Source of the DNA: Lytechinus pictus
Lineage: Eukaryota
Reading direction: 5' to 3'
Assembly (NCBI RefSeq): GCF_037042905.1
Contig: NC_087245.1
Span: 22,756,001 to 22,820,000 of the forward strand
Length of the DNA stretch: 64,000 bases
A program made the translations under genes and the position numbers. Below are positions 1-12,450 of the stretch, piece after piece. The number at the start of each line of letters is the position of its first letter. Within the stretch, counting starts at the first letter, position 1. The notes beneath the pieces were generated by a model that saw only the letters and a list, made by a program, of their open reading frames with translations, made no database searches and was not told where the DNA came from.

Positions 1-430
1 AAGGTTTGAGGAAAATCCGTTAAAGATTAAAAAAGTTATTAGAGTTCAAAGTTTTGTATTTGTGACGTCATAAACGAGCAGCTGCCACATATGTTATGTA
101 ATATAAAATGCATGAATTTCAAATTTTTTATGGTTCCTGATGACTTAATTTTGTTTTCTATTCGTGATCGGGTGTGAAATGATTTGTCTTTTGATATACA
201 AAAGGTACAGTGAAAACCATTTTCAATTTTCTGAGAAAATGAAATTTCATTAATTTTTTACCATTCGCTACGTAGGAATGCGGCTCGTATATGACGTCAC
301 AAATCAAGTAATTGAAATTCTAATAACTTTTTAATTCTTTGATGGATTTTTCTCAAACCTTCAGCAGTATTTATTATTATTTTTTTCTACTATTTTTACA
401 ATGAACTTTTTGTTAGGGTGAACTTCCCCT
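1..430. mobile_element. TTAA-flanked foldback MITE (Kolobok/piggyBac-type), left end outside window
   Basis: 1-~85 (aaggtttgaggaaaatcc...tgtgacgtcataaacgagc) is the inverted complement of ~283-361. The element ends ...aacttcccct followed by TTAA (431-434). Confidence 0.75.
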
Positions 431-1830
431 TTAACAATATGTGGTACTACCCACTGATAATTTGTTCCAAGTTTGAATATAATTGATGCACACAAAAAAA
501 CTACCGGAAGCAAACGTTTAACCCCTCTGACTCATTTGTAATAGAAATGTGGAGCGATTTGATTGACTGCAAGAAAATCAGTATGGGGGTCGGACGTACA
601 CTGTATAAATGCATGTCAACTATAATCAAGCATAACTCTTCACCAGCATTATATTCATTTGTTAATTCTGTCTTATGTGAAAGACAACTAACCAAACAAT
701 CATAACCACTAATCATTTGCTATAAGTTTGAACAATATTGATGCACAAAAAAGAAATTTTATCTATACAAAAACTGTCAAAAATGACTCAATAGCCTTTT
801 ATCTTTTAACCCCTAGATGACCTTTGACCTCATCAACACGAACATGGTATTAACCAAGGATTATTATACCAAGTGTGAACACGGTTGATGCAGAAATAAA
901 GAAATGAGAACAAGTCAAAATTAAATGAATAACCCTTCACATTTTCATAACTTACACCCCTGTTAGCAAAAAGTAGAATAGTCTTAACACCCATGTATCA
1001 TTTTAGCGAATGGGCAGATCTATTTCCCAAAGAGTGGCAATTACTGTATCTGAGATTGAGGGAAGGGACAATTTCTTCTTTTATATGGAACTTCTTTGTT
1101 TATTAAATTTCTCATGTATTTGTATGTTTTTTATTTTTATTTTCTTTTTAATTTCCTGCAGGGTATTATTTATTCATAATTACCACTAAATTGAGTGATT
1201 TGAGATTAAGGAAGACAGTTTCCATTGAACACAAAACACAAATAAATCATCATTTCTCAAAGATGATATCACCATATGAAAATCTACAAATTGTCAAAAA
1301 TATGTGGTATTTTTTGTGAAATTGGTTTCAAAACTTGTGCAAGACTTCAAAGAAAAAAAAATGATAAAACTACACAGCAATATCACCATGTGTTAAGGTA
1401 TTATCATGCAAAATGTTAAAGATGGAAGGTGATTTTTTGCCCCCAGTATTTGTTGGGTAAAACAAAATACAAAAAGGTCATCGTTAAACTAGTTTGAAAT
1501 TGAAATTTGTATTTAATATCGAAAGATTGATATGAGTAAAAGTTGTTATAATATTTAAAGTTCGAAACAAACATCTCAGCAGTGCAAGATAACTGCATAA
1601 AAAATGGGAAAGGGGTCGGACGTACAAAAAGTTGTACGTCCGACCACCATTTAACTTGAAATCCCGGACTAGTTGTGAGCTACCTTCTCGTGTATATATA
1701 ATACCAAACTTGCTTTGCATCTGACTTTTGGGAAATTTGTCTGCTTTTGTTTTGCTTGTAAGAAAAAAAGTGTATGTGAAAAGGGGTCGGACGTACATTT
1801 GAAAGTGCCTGCTTTTAATATGTTTGATTT

Positions 1831-2395
1831 AATAATAATAATAATAATACATAAGATTTATATAGCGCACTTTCCATCCGGATTAGATGTTCAAGGCGCT
1901 TTAGAGCAGAACAAAACTATTTACATATAATACATGTCTGAACAATAAGTCAATGTCAATCAAAAAACACTTTTGTACAGGTATGTTTTCAGGTTGCCCT
2001 TGAAGGTGGTCACTGAAGTCTGGGTTTTCAAACTATTAGGGAAAGAATTCCACAGATTAGGGAAAGAATTCCACAGGCTAGGCCCTGCATGAGCAAAGGC
2101 CCGCTCCCCGCATGATTTCTTAGCAACTGGAATTTGTAAGAGATTAGATGATGAGGATCGTAAATTTCTTGAGGGTTGGTAATGATGCATCAAAGACCTA
2201 TTGTAACTGGGGAAAGTTCCATTGACTATATGAAAAATCAAAAGAAGGATTTTAAAGACTATGCGTTCCTTCAGGGGCAACCAGTGAAGAGTTTTCAATA
2301 TAGGGGTGATGTGGCTGCGCTTGCTAGATAGAGTTACAATTCGCGCAGCTGCATTTTGCAACCTTTGCAATTTTCCAAGTTGAGAATCTGGTAAA
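1831..2395 (-). mobile_element. L2/CR1-group LINE, 5'-truncated 3' end (RT C-terminus plus tail)
   Basis: ORF 1960-2370(-) reads LQRLQNAAARIVT...HITPILKTLHWLP...GERAFAHAGPSLWNS...FKGNLKTYLY, typical of an L2-clade ORF2 C-terminus. It is followed by a AAAGCGCCTTGA...GCGCTATATAAAT tail and (ATT)n at 1831-1847. Confidence 0.92.
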
Positions 2396-3609
2396 AAATG
2401 TAAGAAAAATGTAAGAAAAATATAAAAATCTAACTTATTTTTTAGAAACCTGGCATAAATACAACTTGTACAACATCCAACTTTAATTATTGTAAAGCTT
2501 ATATAACGTTTAAAATTTGTTGCAAACTTGACCTTTCAAAATAAGTAAAATTATATTTTGTTGCTATGGTGATTTCAATGCCTTGCAAAAATGAAACGAT
2601 ACATTATTTAAAGTTATTTCTTTCAGATTCATACATCTCAGTGTCTTAGCTTTCAAGTGATACCTATTTGTTCTATTTGTAGGATTTTGAAATTTTGACC
2701 GAAAGGTTTACTATTTTATGAAACAGCCCTCAGAGTAAATCGAGACAACTAAAAACTAAAAGAAAAAAGGAAAGGAGCCCTGTGTACTTCAGAGTGGGGG
2801 GGGGGGGGAATAGAATACGGACGGCACTATAATTATTGTAAATTTTCCACTAAATTTTGCAATTTTAAATTCGAGAAATGGTTCACAGTTGCCCGAATTT
2901 TATCAAAAAAATAAGGCTTCATTCAAAGACACCCTTGATTTCGTAGTCCTCACCAAAATGACCCCTATTTTTCTTTTTTTTTCATCCCCGAAAGTCCCCC
3001 ATTTTTATTTAGTCTCTGATTGAAAGAGCCAACATTAGGGATTATTTCATATTAAGCACACGCAAACCTTGACGGTCAAGGCCTATTTTTTACTCTCACC
3101 CCATCCCCCTTCATCATGGGCTTTAAAGCGCCCCACTCTTCTCTTGCCTTCTTTTCTCTTATCTTCTCCATATTCTTTTTTTTTTTTGGGGGGGGGGGGG
3201 TGGATCGACCCCGCCCCGGCTACAAGCTTATAAAAGAGCTTACAACAAATGGTTCAATATGTACTTCCAGGATGTTTCTTCTTGCTCGATATATTTTTTT
3301 GATGAATGAAGAGTTAATTTGCAAATAGTCCATTTTCCATTAAATTTTTTTTCTTGGGGTCTTGATATAATGCGTTTAAGTAGCTCTACAAGATAATAAC
3401 GATGAAAAGTTTAAATTCCTCTCAAATAGTGTACAAAATTGGAGTAAATCTTTGTATTTTGAAAAGGGATTTTTACTTTGCTTGCAAAAGGGAGTTAGAT
3501 TCGTTTTAGACAATTCAAAGATAAGACTGTTTTTATTTATCCCATCTATGCAATAATATGCAAACAATTTTTTTCAGATACACTATCGTATATGCGAATG
3601 AAAACTTGG

Positions 3610-5146
3610 CAGGCGCGGATCCAGGAGGGGGCCGGGCCGGCCCCGGCCCCCTCTATTTTTTGACAACCTGCAGAAAAAGTGTAATCTTTAACTTAATAGA
3701 AACTATGAAAAACAGAAAGAAAAGTAAGAAAGAGGTATTATAACCATGATGTGTAATTTACAGCCTCGTAACGACCGGCCCGACCCCGAAAGGAAAAGAG
3801 AAAAAGGTGAGGGGAAGAATTGGAAAATATAGACTATATATAAAAAATTCGCTCGCGCTTCGCGCTCGCATCGCCTGTGTAATGAATGTCATTCAAGAGG
3901 ATTAAATGGCACTTAATATATCCAGTTCTGAAATCAATGTGCACACAATATTAAAACCCGCACATTAAGCTTTCATTATTTTGTTTGATTTACACAAATT
4001 GTTATATCAAAATTTTCAGCTCGCGCTGCGCGCTCGCATTGTTTGATTTGTGAGATACCTATCCTCTTTGGAAATTAGTTCCAAAATTTGTCAAAATGCT
4101 CATTTATCAGGTCAGTAAATAAAAAAAATTAAGCTCGTGTTTCGCGCTTGCATTTAATTGTTTGAGACACACAGCTTATTTAAATAAAAACGCGCTTAGA
4201 CTGTCCGGTTTTCAGGTCGGAATATCCAAAATTTTGAGTTCGCGCTTCGCACTCTCATTATTTAATTGGTGATACTTGTATCCTCTTCATTAATCACTAA
4301 AAACAGTCCTTTTCACGTTACTATAATAAAATTTCAGCTCGTGCTTCGCACTCGCATTGTGCATTAAGACCACATGAGATACCTTATCTTGTTTATAAAG
4401 CAATAAAAACTAAAACTAACATGTACTTAAAGGAGAATGAAACTCTTGGAGCAAGTTAGCTTATGTGAAAGCAGAAAAATCAAAGAATAAGATCAACAAA
4501 ACTGTGAGTAAAATAGGACTAGCAATAAAAGAGTTATGAGCATTTGAATGTCGAGATCACTAATGCTATGGAGATCCTCCTATTGGCAATGCGACCAAGA
4601 TCTGTGATGTCACACACGTACAACTCTCCCATTTGGACACTGAAAATATACCCCAAAACATCTCTTTTTGCTCATTCTAATCATATGACAAACGATTCAT
4701 CAATGATATAATGTTGTGAAACCTCTGTACTTGTCATCTTATAAAGAGAATACCTCACCTTGTGATAGACTCTATAAAAGTGAGAATATAAGTGAAATAA
4801 GTACTAAAGTAATGAGGGAGTTGTACGTGTGTGATATCACAGATCTTGGTCGCATTGCCGATGGGATGATCTACATGGCACTAGTGATCTCAATATTCAA
4901 ATGCTCATAACTTTCTTATTATTCATTCAATCTTCCTCAAACTTTCAACAATATGTTTCTTTGATTTTTCTCTTTGATATGGATTCAGCTGGTTTCAAGG
5001 GTTTCATTCTCCTTTAATACTTCAGTCTTTAGTTAGGACTACCCCCTGAAACAAAACAAAAATCAGATTATAGCGGCCAATCGAGAAAAATGTTGATGAT
5101 TTTTTTTTTCGGCCCCCCCTATACGCGAAAGCTGGAACCGCCCCTG
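3610..5146. mobile_element. hAT-like MITE with internal GCTCGCGCTTCGCGCTCGCA repeats
   Basis: Termini caggcgcggatcc / ggaaccgcccctg. Motif gctcgcgcttcgcgctcgca recurs at ~3850, 4019, 4133, 4237 and 4337. Hosts the nested 4431-5013 MITE. No clean TSD. Confidence 0.65.
4431..5013. mobile_element. TTAA-flanked foldback MITE (Kolobok-like), nested
   Basis: TTAA|aggagaatgaaac ... gtttcattctcct|TTAA. Inverted arms of ~190 bp (e.g. gcgaccaagatctgtgatgtcacacacgtacaactc vs gagttgtacgtgtgtgatatcacagatcttggtcgc). Confidence 0.9.
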
Positions 5147-6330
5147 CTTGGGTCTCAAAATTGGGCCGATCTTCATATTTTTGAAACAATTTTCCAATAA
5201 CTTACCACTGGATCCAGCCCATTCAGAAAATGATATGGTTATAACTCCATTTACAAACAAAAGATTTAGCAGATAACAAAGTCCTGTGGGCGGTCACTAT
5301 TTTATGGTTGAAATTTAATCAGAATGAAGAAATATTTCAGGTACCTGCGAATAGCATACTTGTCCATATCAAATAACAGGAGATGCCCAAGCTCCCTCAC
5401 ATCCGACTTTTTCAAAGTCGACATGCATGCTCAAAGGGGAAAATGATTTTAATAAAAGAAGAAAATACGATTTATAACTTCGAAAAATTAACAAAATTGG
5501 ATGTAAAGTAAGTTATGAAATTTAGATTTTTCGCTTGATTTTATGAAACACTTATCGTGCCAGGTATGCAAATGATCTTGAGAGAACCGATGACGTAACT
5601 CACCATCTCTCTTGTAATGTTTCCTCATTGTTATATAACTGTTGTGATTCACTTAAGAGCCTCATTTAATGTCAAATCTTTAAAGAAGGTAAAATATATT
5701 TTAGTTAATAATGAAATACATAAAGATCAGCGATTGTTAGACATAAACTTGATCTCAATTGTTAAATTATCACCGTGTGTTGTATAAATAACTGCTTTGT
5801 GAGAAAATAAGCAAAACTTAAATGTAACTTTCTTTATCTGTTGTGTTATTTTTATTCTATTGAATTCTAAGAGTTAGTTATTTATACATATTTATTTATT
5901 TATCTTATTCATTTCAAATATTTAAAAGAAGGGTAGCCCAATATATTGTTTACATTTTTATTTTTAGATTGCGGTTTGGCCAAAAATTTGTGCGCTTAGA
6001 AATATTTGTATTAAGCATCTTACAATATATTTATATAATAACCATTTTTATTTTACAATCGATTTCGATGAAATTTCCAGCGTTGTGCTCATTTGATTTT
6101 TCTCTTTTTATTCAAATCAACTAGGCCTATTTGTTTCAGTGGCCTTCCCCTAATAGAGCGAACCCATTGACGTATGTAGGTATGGGCACATTTGGTCCGT
6201 GCCCCCTCCCCCTTCGAGAGGCACAAACTATTTTAAGGGATATATGTCATGCATACGCAAGTGAGGACCTTTTCTTCCCCGGTCAAATTTTTCCTGGAAC
6301 AAAATTGGCAGTTAAAACCTTTTTGTTGGT

Positions 6331-7300
6331 TTTACTTTACTTTACTTACTTTACTTTAAGTCCACGATGCTGTAGGCTTGAGTTGAGTGCCTGTTCATCG
6401 ATCGTAGTATCTCCTCTGGTGGTAGTACAGTATCCATGTTATTAAAACAAAATATATATACCGGTACTTAACACGAGAAAGGACTATCAGAAGTTTGTAC
6501 ATGTGTGCTAAAAACCTTGGGAAAACAAAGACAATACTGCCTACACTGGCTTATAGAGCAAATCATAATTCTTTGACCAGTGCCTATCTAGACAAATTTT
6601 GAAGGAGTTGATTGAAGAGGCTGAAACAAACACTGTCAGGAAGACTATTCCACATATCTACGACTCTGTTACTAAAAAAGTACTTTCTAATATCAAGCCT
6701 AGAAAATTTCTTTTCCAACTTCAACCTATGACCTCTAGACCTCCTTTGCGACTTAGTGAAAAGGTTGTGTTGTGTGTAATATATTCCAGTCATGTACTTG
6801 TAGACATCAATCATGTCACCTCTCCTTCGCCTATGAGCAAGACTCGGTAATTTTAGTTTCATGAGACGTTCCATATAAGACAGATTTCTAAAACCTGGAA
6901 TCATTTTTGTGGCTCGCCTCTGTACACTTTCTAACTTTCTTTGTTCACTCAATTTATATGGTGACCATGCGGCTTGTCCATACTCTAATAGGGGTCTGAT
7001 AAGACCTTTAAACAAATATGACATTGTAACTGCATCCAGACAAACAAAAGATCTTCTAATGATTCCTAAGACTCTGTTTCCCTTTAATGCTGCTTGTGAC
7101 ACTTGGTCTTTAAAAGACAGCTTTGAATCAATTAATATCCCTAGGTCTTTTTCTGCTTGTACCTCCTTAAGAGTAATTAGATTAGACTCTCCTTTCTACT
7201 AATACTGGGTCTGCTCTTCTGTACTGTTTTTTCCTAGCTTTAAGACGGTGCATTTATCCGGATGGAATCGTAGCTGCCATTTTTTAGCCCACTCTTCTCT
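6331..7300 (-). mobile_element. CR1 LINE, 5'-truncated, frameshifted RT C-terminus
   Basis: Reads WAKKWQLRFHPDKCTVLKLG, then LIRPLLEYGQAAWSPY...LESVQRRATKMIPG...RRRRGDMIDVYK...RGHRLKLEKKFSRLDIRKYFFSNRVVDMWNSLP. Ends in an (AGTAA)n microsatellite tail at ~6331-6358. Confidence 0.93.
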
Positions 7301-7600
7301 TCTTTTTTGCTTATTAAAACTATCCTGTACAAAATGCCCCTTTTTGAAAATCCTGCATCCGCCCCTGAGCTTACCAAGTGCACTGCACACATACTAGTTT
7401 GCGATACTAGTATTCATCTCTATGACTGTACATCATTATACTTATTAATCAACTCTAATTAAGTTGCATGCATGGATCTTTTGAATTAATCCAGGGACAT
7501 TCCTGAGAGTTACAGCGTTGATAAGCAAGTTTGTCATTATTGTAACTTCCTTGGAATGAGCCCTAGCCGTTTGCCATTGTGAAACTAATTTACCATTATA

Positions 7601-8597
7601 CAGTGCGTATCAAAAAGTTTACACTTTGAAAAAGCCCAGGGAATTAAAAAAATTACAACATGTGGGTAATTTTTTCACTTATCTTGGGTTTGGGTCTCAT
7701 CTATCCAATGAAAGTAAAAGTTTTGACAGAATGTTACACTTGAGTGAGCACTGTCCATTTTTGTAAAGCTCGCAGCAATCTGTTTTCGCAGAAATGCTCG
7801 TTTGTACGCTGTGTGAAGGGGAAAGGGTGAAATCAAACTTACCCTGCGAAACATTTCTCGTACATTTCCCTTGCACTTTTAGTCAAATGAAATAAATCGG
7901 ATACATTCAAGCATTTTCTAACAATTTTGCCACCCAAATTGAAATTTCAACACTTAGTAAACGCAACCTTTACCCTTTTGTGCCAGCTGGATCTGAGGAC
8001 GAAACCGAATCTGAAAAAAAATTATATCAGACATCTCTAGCATTTTCACTAAGTTTTTAGCATTTTTCACTAAGTTTTTATCATCTAAAGTGGGTTTACA
8101 TTTCATTTTTCATTTAATACTTATTTCTCGACACTTTCCCAAGCTTGACAATGATTAACAAAATGAAAATCAAGCCTAAGTCATTTTATGTAAATCACAG
8201 CTCAGTGTAAAGCAAAATATCGTCACGATGGCCTCGGTGTTTGGGGCAGTGGGGTGGGGCGCAATGCACTCCTCAAAGTGGTTTGGGCAAGAAAACAAGT
8301 TAAAAAAGGTAAAAGATATCTTCAAATCAATTTTACTAGCCAAATTCCACGTGTTATTCACAATTAAGGTCTACTTTTATTCGCATAACTATTTCAAAAT
8401 TCTGCGGAAATAATTTTTCACTAACATTTCAAAAGTAAGTGGTGCTCACTCAAGCGGAAATATTTTTTGACAGTTAAATCGTCATTTGCTTAAATGGATC
8501 TGTACCAATGTTAAAATGTGGAAAAATCTTCAGAATATTACATATGTACAATTTTATGGGATTTTTTCTAAGTGTAAACTTTTTTTGATACGCACTG
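7601..8597. mobile_element. Tc1/mariner-type non-autonomous element
   Basis: TA|cagtgcgtatcaaaaagtttacactt ... aagtgtaaacttttttgatacgcactg|TA, i.e. TIRs with a TA TSD. Confidence 0.9.
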
Positions 8598-8722
8598 TAG
8601 TTGTAACTTTTGATGTAGTGGGCTCTCTAATACTGTGCTCGTCGGGTCAGGAGAAACGGAACATGTAATCACTTTTTTAACTGTTTTCTATTAACTTGTT
8701 TTCTTTCATGCTTTTCCATCAG

Positions 8723-8815
8723 CGCAAGAATATACCTGATGTCGACTTCGAATACGATCGACTACTGCCTAATATCCAGAGCCTCAATGGGAAGTGGCAT
8801 CAATGCGGCGGCCTG
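8723..8815 (+). other. Candidate isolated 93-nt exon (RKNIPDVDFEYDRLLPNIQSLNGKWHQCGGL)
   Basis: Pyrimidine tract ttttctttcatgcttttccatcag, 31 open codons, donor CTG|gtaagc, locally raised GC. No partner exons or homolog recognised. Confidence 0.25.
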
Positions 8816-9588
8816 GTAAGCGAGGATGGTGGAGCGGGATTTCATCAGGAGGTGATGGCAGGTCAGGTGGATGGGAGAATGTTGCTTGGAAGACATCCGC
8901 ATGTGGTTATCTTACGGTGAGATGCGGTCTGACATCATCGTTGATCGGCCAATTCGATAACCCCATCAGAGAGGACCCTGTTTTGCCACTAACAAGGAGT
9001 GGGGTGTTGACGGTGGACTCAGGTCGACGAACATGACGATACCTTGAAAAGTTCATGCATTCTCATCATGATGATCATAGTGAGGAGGCGATCAAGATTC
9101 CAGGATTCATTTGGTCATCCGTCATCCCGAACCCGAGGGGTGGGGCAGAAATGCAAAGGAGAAGGAAATTAGGTGGGGGGGGGGGACAAGAATCTTTATC
9201 GATTAAAGAGTAAACTTTTGCTACCGTTGCTAAAATGTTAGGCGTTAATAATTCCTCAATTTTGTTTATTCTACACCCAATAGGCCCTAAAACAATGACA
9301 ACCCCCCAAACGAACAAAACACAAAACAAAAAGCTGAAAATGTTCATAAATATCAATTATTTGATCATTTATTTTCAGTGTTTTTCCTCGTTTACTTCAC
9401 GGACAAAAGCACAAGAAATTGTTGAGTTGAATATTCACGTTCCAATCCCCCATCCAGCAAATGTTGAAAGGGTCGCAACTTTTTGCCCCCCCCAAAAAAA
9501 TGCGCCCATATGATAATCCGGAAGCAATTTTAGAGTTGAAGGTCAGGGATGGGGTCTCATGTTTTTAGTTTTGGGTCTTACCCGGCAA

Positions 9589-9863
9589 CAGAGGCGGATC
9601 CAGGATTTTCCAAAAGGGGGGCACATTTTTCGGATGAAAATTTAGACAAGCAAAAAAAAAACAAATAAAAGGGTTTTTCTTTCACCAAAAATTAAGGATA
9701 TTTCGCACCCGAATTCGACAAGCAAAAAAAAAACGGTCTTCACTTTCAAAGAGGGGGTACACCTTTGTTTTAATGGCATTTTTACATTAAAAATTTCAAT
9801 TTTGCTTCTCAAAAGGGGAGGGGCACGGGTCGGATGTGCCCCCCCCCCCTGGATCCACCAGTG
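9589..9863. mobile_element. hAT-like MITE
   Basis: TIRs cagaggcggatccagg / cctggatccaccagtg with a perfect 8-bp TSD cccggcaa (9581-9588, 9864-9871). Confidence 0.9.
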
Positions 9864-10755
9864 CCCGGCAAGGCTGTCTGCAGAATAGAAATATAGTACA
9901 TGTATTTTCAAAGAAACTCTGACCACCACCAGGGACCAAAGTGACCCAGCTTATCATGACAATTGACACAAGAATCGTCACAAAGGCCCTACCCCAGATT
10001 TTTGCTACAATTATTATTTCAGATTGTACATTACAATGTAGTGACGTAAAAGATCTATTTATTCATTCATTTGTAGCAACTACGACAGTTGGATTATTTA
10101 CGATATTCGCACAAGTAGCACAGATAAATTAAAATACTGGCGCACAGATTGGGGCTCGGTCCCCCTTCCATTCATTCAATATGAAATTATTTTCTACACA
10201 TTATGTCAAAATTAAGTTAGTTATAGGATTTCTTTATCAAAAGCGTCAACATTTTACTGGCTCACAGCTTTTTAGATTTTATTTCCAATATGCCATGTCT
10301 GACCTCTCATATTTGTTAATGACGCATTACACTACACTGCTCTGTCATCTGTAAAACGAATGAATGAATAGATAAACCAGATAAATGAGTAAATACAACA
10401 TATGAATATTTGAAATAGATAAGTGAATAAATGGAGATTCATGAATTATCATAAACAACTGAATAAAGAATTAGATAAAAACCTACATAGAAAGTAATAT
10501 TTTTAATATCTTTTGATATGTAGGGCTATGTAAAAATTAGTGATTACTCGTTTGGACCAGTAATGTCAATTCTTTAAAAGTGTTTTGGTGTTTGTTGTAC
10601 GGAAGGGGGGGGGGGGGTTGCTTGGTCCACCGTCAAGTTAGGTGCAAAAGTAAGCCCACACCATATATCTTAATTACTCTACAAAGTCAAATTTCCATTA
10701 GACATGTCTGTTAGGTGGGTTATGTATTTGGACGGGAACTATTGCCGTACATCTG

Positions 10756-11025
10756 GGCCCCGTCTTACAAAAAGTTGCGATTGATCTGATCAATCTCAAC
10801 TATGAAAAGCCAGCAACGTCAAAATCTAAAATGCATGAGAGTTTAAAATGTGTTCTAGATAAAAGAAAATTATGATGTATATTCATAAATTGTTTCCTTG
10901 ATAATTTGGTGTGTTTCCTTTGTTTACAAAGGACATTTTGCAAATTTCCTGTAAAAAATATGACATTCCATAGAGAAACAATTAACTGATCGGATCAATC
11001 GGATAACACTTTGCAAGACGGGACC
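10756..11025. mobile_element. PIF/Harbinger-type MITE
   Basis: CTG|ggccccgtcttacaaa ... tttgcaagacgggacc|CTG, 3-bp TSD. A second family member lies at 16422-16664. Confidence 0.85.
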
Positions 11026-12059
11026 CTGATATTTGTTATTGATGACTTAAAGTACTTCAAGTTTGGTTAGATTTCTTGTTCCATTGTTATCATCAGATAA
11101 ACTTTAATGTCGCAAAAAATAGGTTTAATATTGTAACAGTATGCATACAATTTGAAATCTGGACTTGTATATGCTTCCAACTGTATCTCCCCGAACCTTG
11201 GGTAAAAATCGAAAATAGTACGGCATGTTTGTGAATTGCAACGGGAAATCAGAAAAATGTGTCCCTCTGAAAATGACATTTGGGCTAATTTTTTTGAAAA
11301 TTGTTATTTTATTACTGCGGCGCAGTTCCATTTCTCCTGTGGCCGTCCGGCGAGTCGTAAACAGTCGATTTGATAGTCTTTGCACCAGCTGGTTCGTAGA
11401 GAAGTACTCATGACTAGTTTCGACTCGCCGCGCGGGCAGCAAAGGAGAATTGTAAAACTGCAGCAATATTAAATCATCATGTTATACTTTCTTTTGGATA
11501 CTTGTATTTATTATCGTACCATGTAAACCTGCACCTCTCTCTCTTGCCCTTCCCTCCTCCTCCCTTCAAATTTGTTATATCATCACCATGTAATTTTTCT
11601 TCTATATTTCCTATGATTTCTCTTACCCATTAACCACTCATTTTGTCTCTCTTCTTTCTTCTCTCTGCTAGTCTCTTTTGACTTGAATTCTTTATTTAAA
11701 CATTTTTATTTTTGTAACTCTTCTAAACTTTCTATCTTGACCAATTGCGACCGACTCCCATCTCTGTGTCTCTTTGGTTTTTTTCAAACCCTTCTTAAAT
11801 ATGTTCCCCATTAATTTGTCTTAAATTTCGAATTCAAACTTTATTCGTTTATTCTTTAAAAAACCCAATATTCTACCTTTATGCATCTCATCCCTTTTCT
11901 GGTTCGTCATAGATTTTGCATGCTAGATTCAATAATTATTCATCCTTTCTCATCTGATATTTATAACTCCCCCAAAAAATAATTTCCACCGATTAATGGT
12001 GCTCTGTAATTCTCTCTCTTTCAATCACATCCAACTTAACCCATGGCTCTGACATCATC

Positions 12060-12450
12060 ACATGCACCTTCTCTCTCTCTCCCTCCCCTCTCTCTCTTTC
12101 TTTCCTTTTTTCTTTTCTCCCTTCTTTCCTACGTTCTTTCCTTCCTTCGTACTTTCTTTCTTTCCTTCTGTCCATCCCTCATTCTCTTCCTGTGTTCGTT
12201 TCTTTCTCTCTCTTTCCTCACTTATTCTCCCTTCCTTCATTCCTTATTTCTTTCGTTCTTTTTTCTCTTTCTTTCCTTCCGTCCATCCCTCATTCTCTTC
12301 CTGTGTTTCTTTCTCTCTCTTTCCTTTCTTTTTTTTTTCTTTCTTATTCTCCTTTCCTTCATTCCTTCCTTATTTCTTTTTCTTTCTTTATTTCCTTCCG
12401 TCCATCCCTCATCCTCTTCCTGTGTTTCATTCACTCTCGTCTCTCCTCCT
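12060..12450. repeat. CT-rich low-complexity/minisatellite tract
   Basis: Polypyrimidine tract with tccatccctca(t/c)(t/c)ctcttcctgtgtt recurring about every 110-120 bp. The overlapping ORFs here are low-complexity artefacts. Confidence 0.9.
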
